Shown in pieces: positions 1-8,780 of a DNA stretch of 54,356 nucleotides (its first letter is position 1; every line of letters starts with the position of its first letter). Position numbers and translations under genes: made by a program. The stretch is taken from positions 1 through 54,356 of the IMG/VR virus record IMGVR_UViG_3300035670_000272. One strand, 5' to 3'. Below the pieces are notes generated by a model that saw only the letters and a program-made list of their open reading frames with translations, was not told the origin of the DNA and did not search any database. Origin of the DNA: a virus. Lineage: Duplodnaviria; Caudoviricetes.

Positions 1-127
1 GCAGGCGCTAGCGGATCACACGGCATTGTGATTGTGAAGGCACTTTAATCTACCTAATGGATGCATTATGAAAACCTTTGCGGCGCACGATGGAACGTCA
101 ATCGTGAACATCATTGTTGCGGATTCC
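1..127 (+). repeat. 127-bp direct terminal repeat (identical to 54230-54356); circular assembly overlap
   Basis: GCAGGCGCTAGCGGATCAC...GCGGATTCC occurs at both ends; 127 is a common assembler k-mer length. Confidence 0.95.
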
Positions 128-376
128 CTAGAGATAGCCAAGACGCACATTCCTAGCGATCTCAACGTTATTGAGGTAGACGAAACTGTAGGGATAGGTT
201 GGGAACTACATGACGGTTACTGGCGTCCCACGCAAACGTATCCTTCATGGGTGTGGAATGAGGACGCGCGGGAGTGGAACCCTCCGATTCCAGAGCCGGA
301 ACCTACCGAAACTACTGCGTACTATTGGGATGAAAGCACCGTGTCATGGGTTCCATTTGACCGCACCGTAGGCTAA
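68..376 (+). CDS. Hypothetical tail-associated protein
   Basis: Follows the glycine-rich tail gene across the circular junction; Trp/Pro-rich YPSWVWNE...YYWDE motifs. Confidence 0.6.
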   Translation: MKTFAAHDGTSIVNIIVADSLEIAKTHIPSDLNVIEVDETVGIGWELHDGYWRPTQTYPSWVWNEDAREWNPPIPEPEPTETTAYYWDESTVSWVPFDRTVG

Positions 377-386
377 TTTATGGGGC

Positions 387-1223
387 GTGCAGTTCTATTT
401 CATGGCAGGGTTGCCGCGAGCGGGAACGACGCTACTGGCCTCTGTACTTAACCAAAATCCGGCTATCTATTGCTCACCCAATAGCCCTCTGTATGAGCAT
501 CTACGCGATATCGACTTGTCTAACTATGAGACATATCGCCTAGGCGTGATGCAACAGAACAAGCAAGCACTATTGCGTAATGCTATTCGCGCTTTCTACA
601 TGGATACTGACGCAAAGGTCGTGATAGATAAGTCACGCGTATGGGGATTGCCATACTACATTAACGTACTGCGGTACGCCCTAGAGTCTGACCCTAAAAT
701 CATTTGCCCGGTGCGCCCATTAGCGGAAGTAGTGGCGTCTTTTATTGTCAAGTGCCGAAACAATGAGGACAACTTCATAGATAGAAATATGCGACAAGAG
801 GACTTTCTCCCGCTGTGGCATAAGCCTATTGACGATGCTCGCGTGGACTGGCTACTGAGTCCGAACTCAATGCTTGGAACAGCGATGTTAAGCGTGCATA
901 ATGCTTTGCATGAAGACACTAAGCATATGTTTCATGTTGTCGAATACGATGAATTGGTAGACAATCCACATCGAGTTATCTCAGGAATCTATGACTTCCT
1001 TGGAGTAGAAGCCCACGATCACGAGTATTCCAGAATCGCGAATACTGAGCCATACCGCGATGCGGAGGTATTTGGAATACCAGATTTCCACGCGGTGCAT
1101 TACAAAATCCGACGTAGCACGATAGAGCCTGAAGCGGTGTTGTCTGATTATGCGCTGACCCGCTGCCAGTTAGAGGACTTTTGGACCGTGCAAGTCCAGC
1201 AACAAACGCTTGGCAAGGGTTAG
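387..1223 (+). CDS. Sulfotransferase family protein
   Basis: N-terminal 5'-PAPS-binding motif GLPRAGTTLL, IDKSR, and YDELV..P...I..IYDFLG. Confidence 0.85.
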   Translation: MQFYFMAGLPRAGTTLLASVLNQNPAIYCSPNSPLYEHLRDIDLSNYETYRLGVMQQNKQALLRNAIRAFYMDTDAKVVIDKSRVWGLPYYINVLRYALESDPKIICPVRPLAEVVASFIVKCRNNEDNFIDRNMRQEDFLPLWHKPIDDARVDWLLSPNSMLGTAMLSVHNALHEDTKHMFHVVEYDELVDNPHRVISGIYDFLGVEAHDHEYSRIANTEPYRDAEVFGIPDFHAVHYKIRRSTIEPEAVLSDYALTRCQLEDFWTVQVQQQTLGKG

Positions 1224-1231
1224 GTTTCTCT

Positions 1232-1909
1232 ATGAAGATTGCGCTAGTCACTTCTCTGTTCGGTGGGTATGACCCACTTGCCCCGCCGCCTGACGGTTTC
1301 GATGACGCCGTATGCGTGACTGATTCGCCGGATGATATCCCTGAAGGGTGGCGCGTCGTCATGGAGGCGCACCCTCTTGCCGACGATCCACGCCTGTTGA
1401 GTAAAGGCGCGAAGATGCAGCCGTGGCGTTACACGGACTGTGACGCGGCGATTTACCTTGACGCGAGCATCGAAGTAACGTCCCCAAATCTGCGCGCATG
1501 GGTAGAGCCACAACTAACCGCGAACGATCTCATGGTGTGGTCGCACCCGGAAGGCCGCACCTGTTACCGGGATGAGGCGGCGGTCTGTTGGGACTGGCCT
1601 AAGTATGCGCGGTACGACTTGCGCGGTCAGGTCGCAGCGTATGAAGCCGATGGGATGCCTAACGGTTGGGGGTTGTTCGCGTGCGGGATGATCGGCTGGC
1701 GGTTCACAGACGAGGCGCGTGCGTTCGGGGACATGTGGCTAGGGGAGCAATACAGGTGGTCGTGCCAGGATCAGGTCAGCCTCCCGTATCTGTTATGGCG
1801 TGAGGGTAAGTCGTTCGGTATCTGGCCTGCGAACCAGTACCAGAACCCGCACATCCGTATTCGTTGGGATCGGCGTGCCGTGGGCAACGGACCTACCGCA
1901 AGTCGCTAG
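1232..1909 (+). CDS. Glycosyltransferase-like protein (DUF616/TOD1-MUCI70-like)
   Basis: TSLFGGYD, IYLDAS and DQVSLPYLLW motifs; ATG at 1232 preferred over the longer ORF start. Confidence 0.7.
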   Translation: MKIALVTSLFGGYDPLAPPPDGFDDAVCVTDSPDDIPEGWRVVMEAHPLADDPRLLSKGAKMQPWRYTDCDAAIYLDASIEVTSPNLRAWVEPQLTANDLMVWSHPEGRTCYRDEAAVCWDWPKYARYDLRGQVAAYEADGMPNGWGLFACGMIGWRFTDEARAFGDMWLGEQYRWSCQDQVSLPYLLWREGKSFGIWPANQYQNPHIRIRWDRRAVGNGPTASR

Positions 1910-2007
1910 GATCGGCTTTGCGAACCGCTGCTAGTAGCCGTTCGCACCGCCGCTGGTCCCCCGACTTGTGCGGGGGCTAGCGTGCAACATGCGAGGAGGA
2001 TGACGGC

Positions 2008-2283
2008 ATGACCCACGCCGAAGTAGCCGTCCATGTGGATACTCACGACTCCATGTGCCCCTACGGGGGTTTCATGTCCAAGCCTGACGACTGCCGCCTT
2101 CCTGGCGGCATGAGTCTGTGTGACCTCATCCGTAACGTCAGGGCCGAGGAGCACAACTACATCATCTCGATCATTGAGGAACTGCCCTGCAAGTGCGACG
2201 AGGGCAAGGACTACTGCGACGGGCATACGGATGTAATCAATGCCATTGACGAGATTGACCCTTCGGACAAGCAAAGACCATGA
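2008..2283 (+). CDS. Small Cys/His protein (HDxxC...CxLIxxVR family)
   Basis: GAGGAGG RBS; THDSMC...CDLIRNVRAEE. Confidence 0.6.
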   Translation: MTHAEVAVHVDTHDSMCPYGGFMSKPDDCRLPGGMSLCDLIRNVRAEEHNYIISIIEELPCKCDEGKDYCDGHTDVINAIDEIDPSDKQRP

Positions 2284-2462
2284 CCCACGACCCGCTGTGC
2301 AAAGGCGACAAGATCGAGTACGCCTGCATGTGTCCTCTGATCGCCAGGGTCAGGGCTGACACTAGACGGGGCATCGTAGACGGGCTTAAGGCTGGCCTAC
2401 CTGAGTCGGACACTCGTGATACTGCCGTGAGTATCGCCACGTTCGCCGTGTCTCGTTACTGA
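2280..2462 (+). CDS. Small Cys/His protein (HDPLC...CxCxLIARVR family)
   Basis: ATGA overlap with previous gene; THDPLC...CMCPLIARVRAD. Confidence 0.6.
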   Translation: MTHDPLCKGDKIEYACMCPLIARVRADTRRGIVDGLKAGLPESDTRDTAVSIATFAVSRY

Positions 2463-2573
2463 CTCAGGAATAGCGGTACTGCTATTCCGGGTAAAACGGC
2501 ATGATCCTGCCGGAAACCTGCAAACGACGTGGCAAATGTACGGCTAATAATCTAGTTCGGAATGATCTTGCCG

Positions 2574-3227
2574 CTATTGCCACAGCAGATGATCGGGGTG
2601 CTTGTGCCCCCAATGGTGAGCGCACAGACTTTCGGAGTGCGGTTCGCCCCACGGCGTATCAGTCCACGGATTACAGAACCTAGCGGGTAGCACAGGCGTA
2701 TCCGGGTACTGCTGTTCCTTAATCCGTGTCAGCAACTTTGGCCCGGTCTGCCAGTCAATCGAACGAGTTTCCCTAGCGATGTTGCCGGGGATCGCGTCAA
2801 TCACCGCACGGATAAGAGGATGCTGCGGGGCGCTCAGAATCCAAGCGTTAGAGATCAGCCAGTTATCTATCTCGTTCGCTAGAAGAATGTCCATCTGCAT
2901 GAACTCGTCAGGGATCGGGCGCAAAGGTTCCATATCGGTATTCACATACAAACCGCCGTAACGGTAAAGCAGTTCGTAACCCAACAAGTCTGCTTGCGCT
3001 ACCTGAATGATGCTTGTCTGCTTTGCCGCTCCCGCGATGGGCGTCCACTCCGTACCGCAGTTCACGAACAACGATTCGTTAATGAGTGGTGGGCGGTTGT
3101 CGTAACCCCATTCGATCAGTTGCCAGTCGGGGTTCAGTTCCTTCCAACGCTCGCCGTACTGAACGTATTCGTTGGGCATTTCGCGTGGCCCGAACCACGC
3201 GCGGTGAATCAGTTTGGGCGTCGCCAC
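2574..3227 (-). CDS. Glycosyltransferase, GT32/OCH1-like (DxD sugar-binding)
   Basis: PKLIHRAWFG, LYRYGGLYVNTD, TGPKLLT; GTG start at 3227 inferred. Confidence 0.8.
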   Translation of the reverse strand: MATPKLIHRAWFGPREMPNEYVQYGERWKELNPDWQLIEWGYDNRPPLINESLFVNCGTEWTPIAGAAKQTSIIQVAQADLLGYELLYRYGGLYVNTDMEPLRPIPDEFMQMDILLANEIDNWLISNAWILSAPQHPLIRAVIDAIPGNIARETRSIDWQTGPKLLTRIKEQQYPDTPVLPARFCNPWTDTPWGEPHSESLCAHHWGHKHPDHLLWQ

Positions 3228-4225
3228 GCGACACCCTCGTTCTCCCGATACCAATCGACAGTTCGCTTGATACCTTCCGGCAGAGGCACAAACTCCGTGT
3301 GGTTCATGCCGATCGCGAGCAGGGTAGTAACGTCAGCCGAGACTACGGTTCCCATCTGACGGACGGTGCGGCGAACGTCGATAGGCCGAAGGCCGGGGTT
3401 CGCGCGCGTAACAGCATCGACAACGACACGCAGGTCGTACTCCGTACTCATTGGGCCACCATGCGGTTCCCCTGCCCTCATAGGGACCGCTTCGATCGTT
3501 GCCCCAGGCACGTTCTTCTGGACCTCTTCGGCTACCTTCAGGACCGTCGTAGGCTCTGCGTTGCCCACATCGACAGGATGGTCCGGTACGACACCTTCGC
3601 TGGCCTTCTCCAATGCCCGCACGAACACCTTCGCGACATCGCCCACGAACACGCTATCGCTGATCTGAGTGCCGCCACCGTACAGGCGCATCGGGTCACC
3701 CGACAGCGCGGAGCACACGAACGACGGCACGATCTTCCTGACCTTGCTGCTGCCGTACGGAGCCGGGGTGGACTGGCGCGGACCGTATGCGTTCATGGGC
3801 CGGACGCTCGTAACGCGTAGGCCGCGATCCTCGCGGTACATATTCACGAACGCTTCTGCCGCTGACTTGGTAATGCAGTATGTGCCGCGAGCGATGTTGG
3901 CGTTACCGACTGCTGCGAACACGACGGGCAGATCGTAACGTGATGCTGACTCGAACACGTTGAGGGTGCCGATGATGTTGGTCTCTGCGGCTGGCCCTGG
4001 GTTGTCGATGGTCTCGACTGTCCCGAGTACGGCTGCCATGTGGATGATGCCGTCTACGTGCGCGGCGAGTTCCTGAACGATGGTGGCGTCCCGCACATCA
4101 CCGAGCATCGAATCGCCACCGCGACCCTTGTGGTCAAGCACGAGAGCCTCATGCCCTCGGCGCTGGATCTCTTCGACGATGTAACCGCCGATGAAGCCGT
4201 TACCGCCCGTGACTCCGATCTTCAC
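3209..4225 (-). CDS. NAD-dependent epimerase/dehydratase (extended SDR)
   Basis: TGGNGFIG, HMAA, YCITK, NAYGP. Confidence 0.9.
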   Translation of the reverse strand: MKIGVTGGNGFIGGYIVEEIQRRGHEALVLDHKGRGGDSMLGDVRDATIVQELAAHVDGIIHMAAVLGTVETIDNPGPAAETNIIGTLNVFESASRYDLPVVFAAVGNANIARGTYCITKSAAEAFVNMYREDRGLRVTSVRPMNAYGPRQSTPAPYGSSKVRKIVPSFVCSALSGDPMRLYGGGTQISDSVFVGDVAKVFVRALEKASEGVVPDHPVDVGNAEPTTVLKVAEEVQKNVPGATIEAVPMRAGEPHGGPMSTEYDLRVVVDAVTRANPGLRPIDVRRTVRQMGTVVSADVTTLLAIGMNHTEFVPLPEGIKRTVDWYRENEGVAWRRPN

Positions 4226-4857
4226 TTCATTCCCCTAACGTTGTTCTCGGCAACTGCCATATCGGTGTGTAGCGTGATGTTATCCCCATGAATGACGTAC
4301 TCGTAGTCGATGTTCGGTGAAGCCACGAAGCGCGCCCCGTTCTTTGCGGCATCTACCCAAAACATCCAGTCCTCGCAGATCATGTCGCGGAATGGGGACT
4401 TCTCCCATACCCAGCGTCGGAAAGGCGAACCGGAGAAGATCAGATTATGTGGCGACTTCAGCACATCAGCGCGGGTAACGTGATGCGCCGACATCTTCCG
4501 CTCATACAACTGGATACCGAACATGTAGACATCGGCATCGAGACGGCGGAGATTACTGAGCGCGTGAGGGAAGATCAGATCATCCATGTCCATCTTGCAG
4601 ACCCATTCGGTATCTGTGATCGCGATGGCTTCGTTGATGAGGTACTGAGGATGTCGGGAGAACTTTCCCTCCGCCTGCTTGAACGTTACGGGAGCGAGAT
4701 CGGTTCCCCCTAGCCTGCTAATGCAGTCGGGAACATCATCCGTTACGACTACGATCTTGTCAGGTGCCCGATCGAGTGCGCTAACGGCACGCATCCAGCG
4801 GGGCAGGAAGGCACGGTACGTCTTACCGTAGGCAACCGCCACGACGCTGACGCTCAC
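4222..4857 (-). CDS. Glycosyltransferase family 2-like
   Basis: DMDD motif, EDWMFW; GTG start overlapping the upstream TGA. Confidence 0.7.
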   Translation of the reverse strand: MSVSVVAVAYGKTYRAFLPRWMRAVSALDRAPDKIVVVTDDVPDCISRLGGTDLAPVTFKQAEGKFSRHPQYLINEAIAITDTEWVCKMDMDDLIFPHALSNLRRLDADVYMFGIQLYERKMSAHHVTRADVLKSPHNLIFSGSPFRRWVWEKSPFRDMICEDWMFWVDAAKNGARFVASPNIDYEYVIHGDNITLHTDMAVAENNVRGMK

Positions 4858-5126
4858 AGCGCGTTCCATGTCTTGCGGTCGATAACTCCAGTCACCTTCA
4901 GCCCTTCGGCGTCTTGGAAGTGCCTGACGGCTTTGCTGACTTCGAGGTCGTATCGTCCATCGAGTGCGCCTGCGTAGTGTCCTCGTTCGGTCAGTTTGCT
5001 TTGCGCCCAAAGCACCAGCGCGCCACGGTCTCCTGTGTCGAGTGGGTGCCGGAACGGGAAGCGGTCAGCGACTTCACTTGTGCCTTGTTCGATTCGCTGC
5101 ATCTTCTTACGTTTCGCTCCTTCCAT
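4854..5126 (-). CDS. Stand-alone peptidoglycan-binding domain protein (PG_binding_1-like)
   Basis: GDRG..V...Q..L...G.....DG.Y......AVRHFQ...GL.VTG.ID..TW..L. Confidence 0.85.
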   Translation of the reverse strand: MEGAKRKKMQRIEQGTSEVADRFPFRHPLDTGDRGALVLWAQSKLTERGHYAGALDGRYDLEVSKAVRHFQDAEGLKVTGVIDRKTWNAL

Positions 5127-5182
5127 ATCCGGTATCCTAGAGGACTAATACGCTAGTTCGTGACGCGACACGGGAGTAGTCA

Positions 5183-5476
5183 TTGGGTGCCGCTAAGCCT
5201 TCATGGAAACTGCGCCGTCGCGCGGTGTTCGGGTCGATGATGTTCGGCGTCCTAACCGTTATCTATGTGGCTATCCGTTGGGACGATACGGCTCTCGCGC
5301 AAACATTGGCGTTATCGGGGTTCGGTCTGATCGGCGCTGTCGTCGCCGCGTACATTGGTGGCGCGGCTTACGAGGATGTTCGTCTCCGACCGGATCATCA
5401 ACTCTTCTACAATATGACTAATAGCAGCGGGGATGATTACTCGCTGGAAGCAGACGAATACCAGGAGGGGAAATGA
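5183..5476 (+). CDS. Two-TM membrane protein of the lysis cassette
   Basis: Two hydrophobic helices; directly upstream of the holin. Confidence 0.65.
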   Translation: MGAAKPSWKLRRRAVFGSMMFGVLTVIYVAIRWDDTALAQTLALSGFGLIGAVVAAYIGGAAYEDVRLRPDHQLFYNMTNSSGDDYSLEADEYQEGK

Positions 5477-5700
5477 TCTGGACTAAGGCTTTCTGGATGG
5501 ACGCGACCGAGCGAGCCATCAAGACATTCGCGCAGGTCATATTGGCGTTGGGGGTGGCGGGTGCGTTGAACGCTTTCGCTGTCGATTGGGTGACGGTCCT
5601 CGGCATCGGTATCGGCGCGGTCCTGCTGTCCTACGCCTCATCTATCGTTACTGCCGAGATCCGCAAGAGCGATACTGCCAGCCTCGTCAAGCCCGAGTAG
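5473..5700 (+). CDS. Holin (r1t-like)
   Basis: FWMDATERAIKTFAQ followed by two TM segments. Confidence 0.85.
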   Translation: MIWTKAFWMDATERAIKTFAQVILALGVAGALNAFAVDWVTVLGIGIGAVLLSYASSIVTAEIRKSDTASLVKPE

Positions 5701-5736
5701 CACGAACACACAACTGAATAACGTTAGGAGCGGCGC

Positions 5737-6036
5737 GTGAACTTGCAGGAGCAGGCCGTCAGCATCGCAGCACTCGTCGCTGCCGTCACCGCTATCGCCA
5801 TCTTCATGTACAGGGTGTACAAGATCGCTCGCCGCATCGACGACACCCTCGGCGTGGACAAGGAAGGCCGAACCATTAGTGACCGGCTTCAGCGTGTCGA
5901 GCATCAGTTGTTCCCGAACGGCGGGGCTAGCCTGAGCGACAAGATCACCCGTGTCGAGAGTGAACAGAGGCTAATGAAGGGGAAACTGGACACGGTTGAG
6001 ACGATCGTGAACAGTCTACTGAGGGAGAACAAGTGA
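5737..6036 (+). CDS. Membrane-anchored lysis-cassette protein
   Basis: N-terminal TM, PNGGASLSD motif, coiled-coil tail; AGGAG RBS. Confidence 0.65.
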   Translation: MNLQEQAVSIAALVAAVTAIAIFMYRVYKIARRIDDTLGVDKEGRTISDRLQRVEHQLFPNGGASLSDKITRVESEQRLMKGKLDTVETIVNSLLRENK

Positions 6037-6797
6037 GCCTATGGCTGAAAGACCTGAATAAGATCCTGAAGGACGCCGGAGTCCCGGTCATTCAGGAGAA
6101 ATACACGCGCGGCCCATACGCCGGAAAGACCTGGAAGACCGTAGGGTTCAACGGCCAGGGCTATCGCGACTTCAAGTTCATTCTCTGGCATAACGACGCG
6201 TCACCGCAGGGGGACTCGCCGGGAGCGTTGGATTGGATGAAATACATGGAGATCGCCCCGGCTGGCGCTATTTGGGTGTGCTCCGGCTGTAACGGGAAGC
6301 ATGCGTCGGGCACCTGGCATTTGATCGCGAGTGGCCTATCGAATCACGCAGGCACCGGAGGCAACGACCCGCGCCGTAACGGGAACACTTGGGGCGTCCC
6401 GGTGAACGGGATGAACGCTGTCGCGCTCGGCATCGAGACAGACCACACATACGGGGAGCGCTGGACCGGCGCGAAGAAGCAGGCCCAATTGAACTCCCTC
6501 CGCAGGGGTTCGGCAGCGATCATGCTGGAGTACGGCATCAACCCGAAGCCCGGCCTCCTCCGGCACCTCGACTGGACGAACGGACTAATCGACCGAAACG
6601 GACGCTTCACCACGTATGGCCGTAAGAACGACATAGACGGCCTAGATCTCGCCGACGAGCGCAGGCGCGTCAAGCGCATCATGGCGGCTCTCAGTACCGC
6701 TCAGGACCCGGCAAAGGTCACCACAGAGGAAGCGATGGGTAAGCAGCCCCGCAGCATCCTTCGTCGCCTGTTCCGCCGAGCCGATGCCGAAGCCTAG
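6033..6797 (+). CDS. Endolysin, N-acetylmuramoyl-L-alanine amidase (Amidase_2-like)
   Basis: ILWHND, NHAGTG, LGIE, RH.DW...RKND zinc-amidase pattern; located next to the holin. Confidence 0.8.
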   Translation: MSLWLKDLNKILKDAGVPVIQEKYTRGPYAGKTWKTVGFNGQGYRDFKFILWHNDASPQGDSPGALDWMKYMEIAPAGAIWVCSGCNGKHASGTWHLIASGLSNHAGTGGNDPRRNGNTWGVPVNGMNAVALGIETDHTYGERWTGAKKQAQLNSLRRGSAAIMLEYGINPKPGLLRHLDWTNGLIDRNGRFTTYGRKNDIDGLDLADERRRVKRIMAALSTAQDPAKVTTEEAMGKQPRSILRRLFRRADAEA

Positions 6798-7032
6798 CCT
6801 CGCCGACGCGTTAGCAGGACAACAGCCGCGTTACGGTGGACCATCCTGCCGAATCTGCGACATCATCCCGACGCTCCCCAAGGAAGACGCAGCAGCGCTC
6901 CAGGCCGCGTTCGACGACAGGCGTTACACAGGCACCATGATCGTGAACGCACTCAAAGATTACGGCGAGGAAGTATCCATCGCTACGGTACGCAGACACC
7001 GTCGCAAGGAATGTTCCGCCCAAAGGATGTAG
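6784..7032 (+). CDS. Small Cys-containing HTH-like protein
   Basis: CRIC...VSIATVRRHRRKEC, a pattern typical of actinophage small proteins. Confidence 0.6.
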   Translation: MPKPSLADALAGQQPRYGGPSCRICDIIPTLPKEDAAALQAAFDDRRYTGTMIVNALKDYGEEVSIATVRRHRRKECSAQRM

Positions 7033-7049
7033 GTCGAGCGCTCCCTACA

Positions 7050-7098
7050 CGGTGGGGAGGGGCAGCGATCCCCCTCTCGTTACCCCTCCCTACCACCG
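7050..7098 (+). terminator. GC-rich hairpin after the lysis cassette
   Basis: CGGTGGGGAGGGGCAGCGA / TCGTTACCCCTCCCTACCACCG imperfect inverted repeat. Confidence 0.55.
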
Positions 7099-7160
7099 CG
7101 TAACGCGACAGGTTAGACACTAAACAAAGGGAACCGTTAGCGCGGTAACGGATATTCTTA

Positions 7161-7433
7161 GTGGTGGCGGAAGGCGGTGCGGGTATGGCGGAGAGCGCTT
7201 CGACGGAGAGCCAGATCGACGATGCGGTCATGGCTTACCTTCGCGAGACTTATGAGGCTCCCGCGATCCTGACGGGATGGGTCGTTGTGGCTGAGTTCGT
7301 CGATACTGACGGGACACCTGACCTTGCCGCGTTCGCCTCGTCTGGTATGCCGTACTGGAAGATCAACGGCATGATCGAGGCCGCGCCGAACGAGATGGAG
7401 TACGCGTACGAGGATGAGGACGAGGATCTGTGA
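7161..7433 (+). CDS. Hypothetical acidic protein
   Basis: ILTGWVVVAE...GMIE pattern; true start may be the ATG at 7185. Confidence 0.6.
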   Translation: MVAEGGAGMAESASTESQIDDAVMAYLRETYEAPAILTGWVVVAEFVDTDGTPDLAAFASSGMPYWKINGMIEAAPNEMEYAYEDEDEDL

Positions 7434-7597
7434 GCGACCTCGCGAAGACGCTTGACGCGCACATCAACCGTGTCGGAGAGATGGACGATAACGAGTTGAT
7501 GGATAGTTCTCTGCATATCGAGCGCGCCCTAATCCACATGCTCGTTGAGCAGCAGATGCGCATGAACGCCAGCGTGTCGCCGCTCCGCTCTGTCTAA
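7430..7597 (+). CDS. Hypothetical protein (55 aa, not in ORF track)
   Basis: GTGA overlap, GAGGA RBS; translates VSDLAKTLDAHINRVG... Confidence 0.55.
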   Translation: MSDLAKTLDAHINRVGEMDDNELMDSSLHIERALIHMLVEQQMRMNASVSPLRSV

Positions 7598-7616
7598 CTC
7601 ATGCCACGATGCGGTC

Positions 7617-8378
7617 ATGGCGTACTTCACGCAGAACAGAGAGATGAAGGCCGATGGTGTCTGGAACTTCACCCTGCCTGCCTGGGTCGTGGAGTTGCCG
7701 GACGGTAGCCACTTCAACGTCTGCCCCAACGCCGGTGCCTGCGCGAAGTTCTGTTACGCCAGGAACGGGACGTTCCTCTTCCCCAAGGTGCGCGGTAAGC
7801 ACCTGAGCAACCTGGAGTTGGTGCGTGACGATCCGTTGTGGACTGCGGCGCTCGCGGAGGAGTTGGCGCATAAGCGGTTCCTGCCGACCGGCGACCCGCG
7901 AACCGTCCCCGGCCTAACGGACGTAACGCATCTGTCGCCGCGCGTGCAGGCTTGGCTCCGTAACGGTGGCGCGGCTGTCCGCATCCACGATTCCGGCGAC
8001 TTCTTCTCGCGCGAATACCTGCTGGGATGGATCGGCCTAGCGAATATGTTCCCGGAGATCCTGTTCTACGCATACACGAAAGAGGTTGCGTTACTGAGGA
8101 CGGTCGATCTTCCCGACAACTTCCTCGTCATCTTCAGCATGGGCGGGAAGCAGGACCACCTAATCGACCCCGACATAGATAGGCATGCCGATGTGTTCCC
8201 GGATGTTCAGGCGATCGAGGATGCTGGCTACATGACTCAGCATCAGTCGGACCTCCTCGCCGTGCTGCTGCCGACGACGCGCGTCGGGATACCTCAGAAC
8301 AACATCCCCCACTTCAGGAAACGGCTCGCAGGCCGGACATTCGCGGAGGCGCAGCGGGAGCGGGTGAGGCACCGGTGA
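7617..8378 (+). CDS. Gene product 88 (GP88)-like Fe-S/radical-SAM-related protein
   Basis: CPNAGACAKFCYA, VRIHDSGDFFS, FYAYTK. Confidence 0.75.
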   Translation: MAYFTQNREMKADGVWNFTLPAWVVELPDGSHFNVCPNAGACAKFCYARNGTFLFPKVRGKHLSNLELVRDDPLWTAALAEELAHKRFLPTGDPRTVPGLTDVTHLSPRVQAWLRNGGAAVRIHDSGDFFSREYLLGWIGLANMFPEILFYAYTKEVALLRTVDLPDNFLVIFSMGGKQDHLIDPDIDRHADVFPDVQAIEDAGYMTQHQSDLLAVLLPTTRVGIPQNNIPHFRKRLAGRTFAEAQRERVRHR

Positions 8379-8629
8379 AGGCTTGGATCGGGCTTCTCGC
8401 GGAGAAGGCGGCGTGCCGGGAGGCGGACCCTGGCCTGTTCGATGTCGTCGATGGGCCGCTCGTACATATGGCGTTATCGTACTGTCAGCGGTGTGAGGTG
8501 ACGCAGGAGTGCGACACGTTCGTGAGGCCGCGACGATCCTTGTATGACGGGGTTGTGGCTGGTCGGTTGTGGCGGAACGGTCGCATCGTCGATGCCGCTC
8601 AGGATTCCTTGTGGGACGCGGTAAACTAA
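8375..8629 (+). CDS. whiB: WhiB-family transcription factor
   Basis: AACREADPGLF...CQRCEV...C...GVVAG four-Cys pattern. Confidence 0.8.
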   Translation: MKAWIGLLAEKAACREADPGLFDVVDGPLVHMALSYCQRCEVTQECDTFVRPRRSLYDGVVAGRLWRNGRIVDAAQDSLWDAVN

Positions 8630-8633
8630 CGTG

Positions 8634-8780
8634 ATGAAGCAGCAAGCAGCGTTCACGCCACTTCAGGTCTTCGCTGTCTCGCTTCACGAGTTATTCTTGG
8701 CGTTTCGTGAGGCGGGATTCACGGAAGCGCAGGCGATGTTCCTTACGGCGCAGAGGATGAACGCAGATGCACGGAGATGA
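8634..8780 (+). CDS. Small hypothetical protein (48 aa, not in ORF track)
   Basis: LHELFLAFREAGFTEAQA, a motif common in actinophage small proteins. Confidence 0.6.
   Translation: MKQQAAFTPLQVFAVSLHELFLAFREAGFTEAQAMFLTAQRMNADARR

Noticed and set aside
1-127. Biological terminal repeat
   Set aside because: The length of 127 matches a usual assembler k-mer and the repeat cuts through coding sequence, so it is most likely a circularisation overlap.
7220-7625. Repeat CGATGCGGTCATGGC near 7220 and 7607
   Set aside because: There are only two copies and one lies within coding sequence, so it may be chance.
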